This document shows, one piece after another, positions 29,513 to 39,348 of a stretch of 64,000 nt of DNA. Source of the stretch: Giardia intestinalis (lineage: Eukaryota); assembly GCA_000002435.2 (NCBI GenBank), contig CM018790.1. One strand, given 5' to 3'. The notes beneath the pieces are model-generated. The model did not search any database, had not been told where the DNA came from, and saw nothing but the letters and a program-made list of their open reading frames with translations. The position numbers and the translations under genes are program-made. The first letter of the stretch is position 1; each line of letters starts with the position of its first letter.

Positions 29513-30802
29513 ATGGACATCAAGATAAGCGTCTCTGCCGACTTCGAGGCCAGCCCCGAGAACATACTGGCCTTCCAAACAATGGTGGCCCAGATGGTGC
29601 AGGAGACTCCTGAAATTCAGAAGAGGATTAGCTGCTTTGGCACAGGATTTTCGTGTCACAGCCCGCTTGGGTACCTGACGATTAGAAATCGTGCTGAAGC
29701 ACACGGGCCAGTAGAGGATTTTGGTAGTGCAAACTCTGCCGGTAAGATGGAGTTCAAGGGCATCTCTTCCGAAGATATCAAGGTATATCTTCCCTCCACG
29801 GAGGAGCCCGAGGAGGTAGTACACTCTAACACTGTCCTCTATTCAACCCTTCATTTGCCGCATGTTCTTCTGCAGACAACGTGGGATAATATCATACTCC
29901 CAGACACCGTAAAGACGCAGCTCAGGCAATTAGTCAGGGCCTCCAAGCGGCTGTCGTCCCATAAGGTGGATCCGAACATTGTCTCTATGCACAAAATGCT
30001 TCTCTTGCATTCTGTCCCGGGATGTGGCAAGACGTCTATCGCAACTGCTCTCGCACAGGAGCTTTCTGTGGACCTGGCGCCTCCCGGTGCTATCATTACC
30101 AATACTTCGCTACTTATTACAGTCAATGCACACGCCCTCTTCAGCAAGTGGTTCTCTGAGTCTGGCAAGATTATCACGAGGCTATTTACCAGCATAGCGG
30201 AGGAAGCCAATGACAACAAGGAAATATATCTGTTAATTGATGAAATAGAATCTCTTGCTGGGAATCGGGAGCGAGCCATATCTGCTGGAGAGCCATCAGA
30301 CATGGTTCGAGCAGCGAATGCCATGCTCACGCAGCTTGACCAGTTGAAACGATTCAGTAATGTTTATGTCCTCTGCACAACTAACTTGATCGACACACTC
30401 GATCCAGCTTTTGTAGATCGCTGTGACGCTGTTATCAATTTGACGCTTCCTGGCGACACTGCTCGTCAGTTGATCTTGGAAGGCGTCATTAGCGAGCTTC
30501 TGGACAAGCAAGTCCTTACTAGCCTACTTCATGTCGATGCTGCTGCACATCCTTTTACCGTTACCAGCAATGCCTGCTCTCTCGGCACGGACGGTAAACC
30601 TTGTCAACGGTGTCACCAGTGCTTAGAACACATAACCCTACAGACTCTGTTCAAGACTATTATTACGAGTAGCTTCGGGTTATCTGGAAGGCAACTACGA
30701 AAGCTCCCTTACACTGCCCTCTCTCTCTGCAGTGATGATGACTTTTCACTTGTTGCCTTCTTGAGGTCATTTATTTCACTTCTTAAGGACAGACAGAAGT
30801 AA
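29513..30802 (+). CDS. PCH2: Pch2/TRIP13 AAA+ ATPase (HORMA-domain remodeller)
   Basis: Walker A '[22 protein letters not shown]' and Walker B '[13 protein letters not shown]'. The block '[22 protein letters not shown]...[49 protein letters not shown]' is near-collinear with human TRIP13 '[21 protein letters not shown]...[49 protein letters not shown]'. Confidence 0.8.
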   Translation: [429 protein letters not shown]

Positions 30803-30918
30803 GACATTGACCTTCACTTAAGTTACTAAGTCTCAACTCACTTGAATCTTTAATAAAAAGGTAAATAGTTTCTTAGTTCCACTTTCCACCTATCAATTCC
30901 CTGCGGCGTTGGCGCACA

Positions 30919-33285
30919 ATGGATACTGAGCAAGATCAATCAAAGTTAGTATGTACTACCCACGAAAATGCGGCGGTACCAAGTGGACCCGAGGGCCCCA
31001 AGCAGGCGGAGAAAGTTGCTTCTGACGCAAAGGGACTTTATGATGCCACAGTGACCCTATCTAACACAATGATAGGAGTGTCTATCCTCACGTTCCCATA
31101 CACGGTTTATAGGTTGGGGTGGGTTATCTCTGCAGTTTTGCTAGCAGGTGCCTTCCTATATTCCGTACTGGGGTTTAACGCCATAATTGACGCAGCCTAC
31201 TTCACGCAAGAGCGCTCTCTAAAAGCAATAGTGCAAATAGTGACTAACAAGCATACGGCGATAACCACAGATGTCGTTATGATCATTCACATGATTGGTG
31301 TGTTGGTAGTGTATACGAGTATATGCGGTGATTATTTCCATTCCTCGATCGTCGGGTTTAGCTATGGAAAGTTTCAGCTAGACGCCCGCTATGTCAAGGT
31401 CATCGTTGCCATACTCCTCGTACCCTTTATGTTTCTTAGAGACGCGTCGAAGCTCTCGCGCATCGGGATATTTTCAACTCTATTCATTATGATCACTGTT
31501 GCTAGCACAGCAGTGTACTTTATTGTCTTTATGATCCGCGGCACGGTGACCTATGCGGGCACGGTTGAAGGGGCAATTGTGGAGCTAAAAGATCCTCATG
31601 GCCACATGACCACCTCATCCAAAGCAACGATATCATCTCTGATCTCGCCTCTGGGCACCATAATAGAGTGCCCCACGGAGGGATGCAAGATGAAGTTTCC
31701 CAATCCCTTACTGATTGCCTTTCCAGCACACACAATACCTTGGCAGGCCTTCCTCGAAATAGTGAGGAGAGTGAGCATCTTCCTAGCTCTCTTTGGCTGC
31801 CAGATTAGTATTGCTCCCCTGTTGGCAGAGCTGAAGGGGAGTCCAGTCAAGAGACGAAGAATCTTTAGGAAGTCTCTATTCATATCTGCTCTTATGGTGC
31901 TTATCCTTCAAGTGATCATGGCTGTTGCTGCAGCGTTTTCTTTTGGGGACAAGTTGCAGTCTAATGTTCTTTTGTCGTTTCCGTCGGTAGAGATTTATAT
32001 GACAGTCATTAAGCTTCTCTATGCATGTGTCCTATTTATTATATTTGTTTTAAAAATGTTTCCAATCCGTTATGTTATTTTAGGTTGGTTCAGATTGACT
32101 ATAGACACAAGAAAAGGAAAGATAATTTTTTACATATTGGGATTGCTGATAGTTACAATGGCAACTCTACTCTCTATTTTTGTGCCAAACATAGACACAG
32201 TATTCAATGCAATCAGTGCGTTATTCGGTATAGTCACCTATTGGCTTGTACCCCTTCTCCTGGTGTATAAAAGGCCATATTTAGAAGCTACCAGCGTGAA
32301 CACGCTTTTGGGCGAGCCCACTAAGGGAAGTAAAAAGAGAAGACACCAAAATCGCGTGTTGGTTGACGACCATGAGAACCAGCAACTTTTGGAGGAGGAT
32401 GATGTTGCCGTTGAAAGTGGTGTACGCTATTCCAGAGAACCGCACAGGCACCATGGACACTCTCAAGTTGAAGAGACGTCCGTTGATCAGGTTGGTGTAG
32501 GGTTTCTGGCGTTTTTCGGCTTCTCAATTAAGCAAGCGAGAGCGTTTACCAAGGTTTTCAGGGCCGCACACCCCATGCAAGAGAGACTCTTGACTCGACA
32601 AGATCGACACATAATAAAGCACCACGAAATATGGCATAACCGCGCCTGCTCTCTTCCTGCATCCGAGGCAGGGTCAGAGGAAATAGAAAGCGCCCATCAA
32701 ATGGTACAAGAAGTTATTTCATGTGAATATATCGATGATGGAACAAGAACCGGAGAGATGGAGTCCTCAGCATCCCACGCTATTGCAATCTACAAGATAA
32801 GGAAGATGCAGGAGGAGCAACAACACCTCCTGTCTGATACTGAAGATCGAACTTGCACAAAGGACGGCAGCAGACCTCCCGCGAAAGCACTCAGAACAAT
32901 CATGACCATGCGAAAGCGGCGGAACAGTGTGAGTGAGTCCAACCCAGCACAGGACTATTGTTTGCTGCAGGATACGATACCTCCGAACACACTCCCCAGA
33001 GGTCCCTATGCAAATGCTGCTGCTGCCATACGTAATCAGGAGACCAAAGACCAAGGTGATACCAACCCACGTACAGTTCATGATGAGCTGCTGGTTGCCG
33101 GTGGTCACGAGACAATTCAGAGCATCAATAAAGAGGAAGAAAGAAGATATGCGTTGAAGAAGAAGATGACCAGAACACGTCTAGCACTTGCCATATGTGC
33201 AACAGTGTTGATAGGAGCTATCAATCTGACGGGATTTGTCCTTTCTACATTTGTGGATACAGAAACATTTAATTGGATATTTTAG
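30919..33285 (+). CDS. amino-acid transporter-like polytopic membrane protein (AAAP/SLC38-like core) with ~300-aa hydrophilic C-terminal extension ending in a further TM helix
   Basis: The N-terminal ~470 aa has about 10 hydrophobic segments ('TMIGVSILTFPYTVYRLGWVISAVLLAGAFLYSVLG', 'VVMIIHMIGVLVVYTSICG', ...). The tail is charged and polar, followed by a terminal 'LALAICATVLIGAINLTGFVLSTFV'. Confidence 0.55.
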   Translation: MDTEQDQSKLVCTTHENAAVPSGPEGPKQAEKVASDAKGLYDATVTLSNTMIGVSILTFPYTVYRLGWVISAVLLAGAFLYSVLGFNAIIDAAYFTQERSLKAIVQIVTNKHTAITTDVVMIIHMIGVLVVYTSICGDYFHSSIVGFSYGKFQLDARYVKVIVAILLVPFMFLRDASKLSRIGIFSTLFIMITVASTAVYFIVFMIRGTVTYAGTVEGAIVELKDPHGHMTTSSKATISSLISPLGTIIECPTEGCKMKFPNPLLIAFPAHTIPWQAFLEIVRRVSIFLALFGCQISIAPLLAELKGSPVKRRRIFRKSLFISALMVLILQVIMAVAAAFSFGDKLQSNVLLSFPSVEIYMTVIKLLYACVLFIIFVLKMFPIRYVILGWFRLTIDTRKGKIIFYILGLLIVTMATLLSIFVPNIDTVFNAISALFGIVTYWLVPLLLVYKRPYLEATSVNTLLGEPTKGSKKRRHQNRVLVDDHENQQLLEEDDVAVESGVRYSREPHRHHGHSQVEETSVDQVGVGFLAFFGFSIKQARAFTKVFRAAHPMQERLLTRQDRHIIKHHEIWHNRACSLPASEAGSEEIESAHQMVQEVISCEYIDDGTRTGEMESSASHAIAIYKIRKMQEEQQHLLSDTEDRTCTKDGSRPPAKALRTIMTMRKRRNSVSESNPAQDYCLLQDTIPPNTLPRGPYANAAAAIRNQETKDQGDTNPRTVHDELLVAGGHETIQSINKEEERRYALKKKMTRTRLALAICATVLIGAINLTGFVLSTFVDTETFNWIF

Positions 33286-34987
33286 TTAAGCAACCCAATA
33301 AAGCAACGTTTCGTTTAGTGAGAAGATTCTGCCGACGCACGTAGTATTTAAATGCTGGCGTAATTGACCGCAAAGCCGCCTCGATTGACCGTCGAAGCAT
33401 CAAAAGTCCTAGTTGTGCCCCTCCTATGAGGTCGAGCTCCTCACGCTCCATGTCCCTAGAGCATTCAGAATGCTTCAGTGTTAGAAGATCATCCAGGACG
33501 GGAAGTCTTTCAAACCATTGTGTGTAAATTTCTCTTGCATTGAGCTCGTCCACGCATACGACATTGGAGCCGATGTTTTGTGGGAGATCAACATCTATTA
33601 GTTGGTAAACATCGTCTGCAACAATCCGCACATGCCACATCCAGATGTAAAAACGTATAATCTGCGGATACAGCTCTGACAGGAAACGAGTACCTAAGGG
33701 ACGGATCCGTAAATGCGTATGCATACTCAGGTTATAGGCCTCTAAACACAGAAGCTCTGGCCTAGACAAGTCATCCCAATCCAATAGGGCATAAAGAAGG
33801 AGCAGGGTTACTCCATAAACTAGTTGTGGAAGTGCGTTTTCAACGTCCTCTATAAGCAAAAGCGAGTTGACAAAGATTGGTGCAATGTTGTTGCTACGAC
33901 AAATAACAGCTTTGGCAGAATCAGCACACCTCTGAGCGTTAATCGGAGAAGAGATGGCAAGAGTAGTGATCTGTGAGAGAGCTGAAGTGAAGTTTCTCAG
34001 CGTAATAATAAGAATATCGTGTGAGAGTGAGTGGTGTCCCGTTAAGATAGTCGGTATAAGAAACTGAAGCAAGCATGATAGCGAAGGGCTGTCATCTATC
34101 TCCTGGAAGCTGCGTTTGGCTGCTTCAGAATAGAACGAAAGGTAGTGGACGAGTAGGGTCTCATCAACAGAGCTCCTGCTATTGAGCATGGACCAACCTA
34201 TATATGTGTCTAAGAAGAGTTTGAGAGCTTGTGGCGATGGTGCGGGCAAGAATGACAGCGTGTACTCAAGTAGCTCTGCTGTTGCAAACTGGTCTAACTG
34301 CATTGAACGACGTTCCTGAATACTTGTTATGCTTTTCCAGCACGAGAACAGAAGCTCTATGCAGAGGGACACGGATGGAGGTATCGTAGCAATGTATGCG
34401 GCGAACATACCGCTAGTTTGCAGGCTTTGCAGAAGAAGCATGGATGTCTGTACTGCAGAGATGGAGGCTCGTGCTCTAAGAAGGGTATAAGGCTCGATGT
34501 GGCTATTGACTGTGAGTGCCAACTCACAAAATGATGCTAGAAAGACGTTGCTCCCTGAAATTTGAGAGCTCAGCACACAGGGTACTAGCCCCCGAACAAA
34601 GGAACGTTTCCGTTCGTGATTATCTTTTGTTCTGCCGGAGGCAAAAGTGAGTAGAGCATAGAGATAGAGGAGCGCGCCGAGTTCAGTGTGGGCTTTGGTG
34701 CTCTTATCATATAACGTGCTTTTAGTAGCAAGAGAGAAGAACAGATGGCGGATGTAGGGAGAGGTACTAAAGTAGTTGCCACCGACCGATGATCTGTGCT
34801 CTCTAAGCGCCTTCTTGTCATCTGATTTCACGGTAATGTCATCCAGGAGAAGAAGAGCTAGACGGTCGGCGGATTCTGTGAGCTCTGCTAAAGTAGCATC
34901 CGAAAGTGTCTCGCCGTTCTCCTGTAGAGTGGGATAAATGAGGTGTATTATGTCTAATAGAGAGTGTTTAGGAACATCTACAATCAT
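33269..34987 (-). CDS. hypothetical Leu-rich alpha-helical protein (572 aa)
   Basis: Long ORF with an ATG start. Composition is HEAT/ARM-like helical. No motif recognised. Confidence 0.45.
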   Translation of the reverse strand: MIVDVPKHSLLDIIHLIYPTLQENGETLSDATLAELTESADRLALLLLDDITVKSDDKKALREHRSSVGGNYFSTSPYIRHLFFSLATKSTLYDKSTKAHTELGALLYLYALLTFASGRTKDNHERKRSFVRGLVPCVLSSQISGSNVFLASFCELALTVNSHIEPYTLLRARASISAVQTSMLLLQSLQTSGMFAAYIATIPPSVSLCIELLFSCWKSITSIQERRSMQLDQFATAELLEYTLSFLPAPSPQALKLFLDTYIGWSMLNSRSSVDETLLVHYLSFYSEAAKRSFQEIDDSPSLSCLLQFLIPTILTGHHSLSHDILIITLRNFTSALSQITTLAISSPINAQRCADSAKAVICRSNNIAPIFVNSLLLIEDVENALPQLVYGVTLLLLYALLDWDDLSRPELLCLEAYNLSMHTHLRIRPLGTRFLSELYPQIIRFYIWMWHVRIVADDVYQLIDVDLPQNIGSNVVCVDELNAREIYTQWFERLPVLDDLLTLKHSECSRDMEREELDLIGGAQLGLLMLRRSIEAALRSITPAFKYYVRRQNLLTKRNVALLGCLTKISN

Positions 34988-35127
34988 GTGTGCATCCCAC
35001 CGGCGCAGCTCTCACTATATAATATGCACTGTGCAATCTCTTAGGGCTGTGATTAAAAATTGTAATTTAAAGCACAGAAGCTTGAAGAAAAGTACGTCAC
35101 AGTAGTACGCCTTGCTGAGCCCACGAT

Positions 35128-35439
35128 ATGCCATCGTTTTGTCAGGAATGTGCCACTATACTAGAGACAATGGGCCCCTATGACTATTGTGCGCTTTGTC
35201 AAAAGAAATATGAGAGAGCGCGGCAAGGGGACGTGGTAACATCTGAGGTTCATCTTCAGACACACTATGTGGCCCAAGAACGCATGACGGAGAATAGGCC
35301 TGTCATCGACGAGACGTGTCCCAAGTGCCACCACGGCCAGGCCTACTACGCATCCATGCAGATGCGCTCTGCTGACGAGGGCCAGACGATTTTCTTTGAA
35401 TGCTGCAGTTGCGGTCACAAGTACAGAACAAATACGTAG
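35128..35439 (+). CDS. RNA polymerase subunit with N-terminal zinc ribbon and C-terminal TFIIS-type zinc ribbon; best match RNA polymerase I subunit A12.2 (RPA12/ZNRD1-like)
   Basis: N-terminal 'CQECATILETMGPYDYCALC' (CX2C..CX2C). C-terminal 'CPKCHHGQAYYASMQMRSADEGQTIFFECCSCGHKY' with the acidic hairpin 'RSADEGQT', which matches A12.2 ('QMRSADEGQTVFYTC') better than Rpb9 (RRAEE) or C11 (QTRSADEPMTTFY). Confidence 0.65.
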   Translation: MPSFCQECATILETMGPYDYCALCQKKYERARQGDVVTSEVHLQTHYVAQERMTENRPVIDETCPKCHHGQAYYASMQMRSADEGQTIFFECCSCGHKYRTNT

Positions 35440-35450
35440 GTATTTGGTTG

Positions 35451-35471
35451 TAATCACTTGTTGTAATCACC
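35451..35471 (+). repeat. short direct repeat TTGTAATCAC x2 just 3' of the A12.2-like stop
   Basis: 'GTATTTGGTTGTAATCACTTGTTGTAATCACCTG' lies directly after the TAG stop. It could be a 3'-end/polyadenylation-related element or chance. Confidence 0.25.
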
Positions 35472-35551
35472 TGATCACGAAATCCTTTGGGCCGGATCCC
35501 GTCTACGGATGGCGGACAAAAATTAAAAAACTTAATTCGTGGGTGAGGCGT

Positions 35552-35974
35552 ATGAGCTGCTGGAGTAGGTTTGTCTTTTACGTGATTATGATACTCCTTA
35601 CGACAGGGATGATCATTGTGACCACTATAATCAACTCCCTCCATTATGACATGAAATACAAGTCTAGAGACATTTTCCAGCACAACAGACGGGTGAACCT
35701 CCTGGTAAAGTTCGACATAGCAGCTCCCGTTGTATTCTTCGTGGTTTCTATCTTTTACAGGCAGGTGATATTACCGATACTCTGTTTACCTTTCATAGGG
35801 ACGACAATAGTGCTGTACAAGGAGAATCGCCTCTTCTTTACACCCAACAACCTGCAGAACAGGTTGAAGTTCGATGAAAAGTACTCCCTAGTGAAAATGC
35901 TCATGTACAGCGGTTTGTTCGTTTACCTGGTCATCCGGGGCGCTGTTCAGCTGGGTATCTGCCTGTCCTCGTGA
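35552..35974 (+). CDS. small multi-pass membrane protein (about 140 aa, 4 predicted TM segments), hypothetical
   Basis: From the first ATG (MSCWSRFVFYVIMILLTTGMIIVTTII..). Hydrophobic stretches include 'VFFVVSIFY', 'ILPILCLPFIGTTIVL' and 'LMYSGLFVYLVI'. The track ORF start at 35396 is upstream and non-ATG. Confidence 0.4.
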   Translation: MSCWSRFVFYVIMILLTTGMIIVTTIINSLHYDMKYKSRDIFQHNRRVNLLVKFDIAAPVVFFVVSIFYRQVILPILCLPFIGTTIVLYKENRLFFTPNNLQNRLKFDEKYSLVKMLMYSGLFVYLVIRGAVQLGICLSS

Positions 35975-36356
35975 TGTGGTTTTTGTGCTGATAGATTTTC
36001 AGCATGTAAAACGTGTAAATTGGGCCTTTGTAGAATGGGTTTACGTTGTGGCACTCTGGGTGCGCAAAAGACAGCGGTTTTGGTCAGTGCTGATACTAAG
36101 GTAGATGTCAATCTGATGTAAAGGAATGTAGATTGCTTTTTTAAAAAAGTTTAAAGTACTCGAACATCTCTCGAATTATTTTAAGCTGCAAGGATACTTA
36201 GACTATCAAGTGAACTGTATCATCGTGCTATCTTCTATGAACAAGTGCGTGTCTATGCTCAGTAAATAGCAAACAAATTAAGTGATAGGAGGTGGAATAT
36301 CGGCACCATTTGAGTCAAGTCTATCTGGTACTACTTTAACAACCACAATGGTATAG

Positions 36357-37571
36357 TTACTTGAGCCGTGTTACTTGATTTGCCATGCACTGGCCACTAG
36401 TATTGCCCTCACATGAGCAAGCCCCCTGTCCAATCGGTGCAACAAGGAGCATAATTCTTGAGAGAGTAGGCTCTGCGACGATGAAGGTCAAGCTCCCATC
36501 AAGCTCTTTGTGACAAGACAGTTGGTCCACAAATGAGGTATCAACAAGAAGTTCTATTTCTACAGCAGATTGCAATCCTAATTTAATAGATGGGCGGATA
36601 TAAGCCACGAGTTCGGAAGAGCTATAGATCGTTCTATATACCGATCGGGAGGGTGCTCCTGTGAACGGAATGACCATTGAAAGGAACGATGCTCTATCCT
36701 GTATCGTCACTCTTACGACCTTTGGTGGCTTGCTTAGATATATCTTTGTGATGTCTGCCTCCAACAGTTGAATGGTGAGATGTCTGCTTTGGACACGTGA
36801 TGCCAAATCAAGTACGATTTCTCCACTAGCTATTATATTTGAAAGGCTGATGCTTTCTCCAGCAAACTCACGTATAATAAGAGGATCTATCCGGAACAAC
36901 TCGCTGAGCACAGCTATTTCGGCTTCGTAGTCCGCAGTACAAATTCGTCTACCTTGTCGCCCACGTCCCGCTTCTTTCATGTCAACTAACCACAGTGGTA
37001 TATCGCTTTCAGTAATCAAGTGATACTGAGTTCTGTCTTTCCAGTATCCATAATCAAACCACGGCTCTGTAACATAGATCCTCTTTCTGGTTGGGTTGGA
37101 GATGTGCAGCGAGACTGTATTGCCTATGCTGTTCGCCTTGTTGCCTGTAGTATCTGCCCTATTTCCAGTGACGTTGAGAGCTACAAGTGATGACCGCTTA
37201 TTTGCATTAGGATAGGCAGTGTAATTCAAGAGCATGGCAAAGGAAAAGGTGTCCTTTGGGTTAAATTCGTTTGTGTCAGGCACAGAAAAGTGGATGCTAT
37301 CATAGCCGCCGTCATAAGTTGGGATCTCCGTCTGGTAGAGTAATGAGGTGAGCCCATTAGTACCAAGCGTTGTCGAGGCACTCAATGACACTGAGTGGGT
37401 GTTAGCATTTGTCCCGCAAAAGTTAGCATCTATGACCAGGTACATTATCGCCCCGAGCATGATAGACCCCAGAATCGCAGACACACCAACAAGGAGTGTC
37501 ACGAGAGACCCAGACAAGTAACGAGGAACACGGGGATACTCTTTAGCAGGCCGCAAAGCCAAGTCATGCAT
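36357..37571 (-). CDS. hypothetical type II (signal-anchor) membrane protein with N-glycosylation-type sequons
   Basis: The N-terminus has one TM segment 'LVTLLVGVSAILGSIMLGAIMYLVI' after a short cytoplasmic segment. The remainder is a hydrophilic ectodomain with several N-x-S/T sequons. No known domain recognised. Confidence 0.45.
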   Translation of the reverse strand: MHDLALRPAKEYPRVPRYLSGSLVTLLVGVSAILGSIMLGAIMYLVIDANFCGTNANTHSVSLSASTTLGTNGLTSLLYQTEIPTYDGGYDSIHFSVPDTNEFNPKDTFSFAMLLNYTAYPNANKRSSLVALNVTGNRADTTGNKANSIGNTVSLHISNPTRKRIYVTEPWFDYGYWKDRTQYHLITESDIPLWLVDMKEAGRGRQGRRICTADYEAEIAVLSELFRIDPLIIREFAGESISLSNIIASGEIVLDLASRVQSRHLTIQLLEADITKIYLSKPPKVVRVTIQDRASFLSMVIPFTGAPSRSVYRTIYSSSELVAYIRPSIKLGLQSAVEIELLVDTSFVDQLSCHKELDGSLTFIVAEPTLSRIMLLVAPIGQGACSCEGNTSGQCMANQVTRLK

Positions 37572-37647
37572 GCCTGAGTTTGTGCTCTAACTCTGTAAGC
37601 GTTTACTGGTGGTCTTTGCATAGCAACAGATTCATGTACCTGTAAAG

Positions 37648-39330
37648 CTACTTACTGGGAGTAGCAGAGAGGCCAGCTTGCACTAGTTTAGAAGAGATGG
37701 TCTCAAGGCATGTACCTTTGGCCACCATGGCTGCTTCTTCAGGATTTGTGGCTCCCAGGATATTCTGAAGAGAAAGAAGAGGTGCACAAATCTGTGTGGC
37801 TGGAAGCTTAAGGACACGACGTAAAGCGACTGCAATCTCCTTGAAGGCTTGTTTTAAACACTGGAGTTGGTTCAGTGAGATGGGGCTTTGTATTAAGATG
37901 TTAGCTAGCATCACTGTGCTCTGCTTAATAACGGCAGACGCCAGTTCTGATGTGTAGCTAAGACTGTAATCTTGCTGCTCAAGCATAGTACAGAGTGATT
38001 CAATGAAAAGAGTTGGATCTTGGGTTTGAGCAATGACCAATAGTTCCGAGTGGACTGCACTAATAAAGTTACTAGCGAAGGTACTCAGGGCTGCTTGATA
38101 GGTTCTTGTAGCTTGCTCTTCCAGTTGGTGATTGTGTCCATACTGGGACACAAAGGTCGTGAGTAGGTATAATGTTAGAAGCTCAGGATCTGACGAACCC
38201 TGTGCTGCAAGCCTCGACAGTGTCTGTTGAACAATGCTACTCTCCAAGGAGTGGATAGCCTCTTTGTGGACACGCTCGAGGCGCTGAATTCGTTGAAAGG
38301 CATACTCGACGGAATTCTCAAACTGTTCGAATTCTCTGTCGAGTAGCAGAGTGGCTAAAGTGGAGGACGTAAGGTCTATTTCTACGGTTTTGTATAACGA
38401 ACATATCTGGTTATGCAGGGTTATGTACTTGGTTATAGCAGACCCTGCAGACATCCCTGTCAGTTGCTGTGCGTGGGAATCATGATGTTCTATTATATTG
38501 ATGAAGCGTGTAACGAGATTGGCGATCAGCTGAAGGTAATCGGCGCTCGATTCCCGCTCTGTTGTAATACTATTAATACCATCTAAGATTGCGTTAATAG
38601 ACGACGTAAGAGTAGATGCAGTTTTATTGAGAATGTACTGAATAGAATGATCATAGATATCCAGAAGAAGCACGTTACTATCAACGCACCTAATTATAGA
38701 AAGAGACTGTATGTTGGTGTAAGCAGTATGAAATGCATAGAATGCTTTGTCAACTTGTTGTGCAAGGGCTTGTATGTGTAGAGAGAGTAGCTTAGTTGTT
38801 TCAGCTAAAAGCGGACTAGGCGCTACGGGGGGTATGTCAGCACACAGTCGGGCACACCAGTCATCCAGCGAAAGTGTAAGTGGCACAATGCATCCTGACT
38901 GATTTAGTTCCCACCGCTCAAGAATGGCCAACATTCTGTCAGAATCTATCTTGAGCTCCGTTGCCGTTCGTGCAGTCTGAATGGAGTCTGCAGCAAGCTT
39001 CAAGGCTCTGTCGGGAGTTGGTAGCTGCAAAAGTGCCTCGAGGCGAGCAATGGTGCCTTCTCCCCCGGAAACCATGTCGATTGTCAAGAGAAGTTTGCGG
39101 GCAGAGATAAGCTGTGAAAATAAGTCTTGTGGCAACGCAGAAACTTGGCTCAATCCGTTAAGGTGGTCGAAGGAAGAGGAGACAGCAATAGCGACTTTTT
39201 CACCACGTTGCATGCTCTGTTCAAGCTGATAATAGCTGGAAAGAACACGTCCTCGAGCTCTCTGGCGAAGGTCATGGACGACAGCTAAGTCTGCAGAGAG
39301 CAGATCCTTAGAAGCAGGCAGCTGCGCCAT
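37648..39330 (-). CDS. hypothetical alpha-helical protein (560 aa)
   Basis: Long ORF with an ATG start. Helical composition, no motif recognised. Confidence 0.45.
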   Translation of the reverse strand: MAQLPASKDLLSADLAVVHDLRQRARGRVLSSYYQLEQSMQRGEKVAIAVSSSFDHLNGLSQVSALPQDLFSQLISARKLLLTIDMVSGGEGTIARLEALLQLPTPDRALKLAADSIQTARTATELKIDSDRMLAILERWELNQSGCIVPLTLSLDDWCARLCADIPPVAPSPLLAETTKLLSLHIQALAQQVDKAFYAFHTAYTNIQSLSIIRCVDSNVLLLDIYDHSIQYILNKTASTLTSSINAILDGINSITTERESSADYLQLIANLVTRFINIIEHHDSHAQQLTGMSAGSAITKYITLHNQICSLYKTVEIDLTSSTLATLLLDREFEQFENSVEYAFQRIQRLERVHKEAIHSLESSIVQQTLSRLAAQGSSDPELLTLYLLTTFVSQYGHNHQLEEQATRTYQAALSTFASNFISAVHSELLVIAQTQDPTLFIESLCTMLEQQDYSLSYTSELASAVIKQSTVMLANILIQSPISLNQLQCLKQAFKEIAVALRRVLKLPATQICAPLLSLQNILGATNPEEAAMVAKGTCLETISSKLVQAGLSATPSK

Positions 39331-39348
39331 TTACACGGTAGAAAAAAG

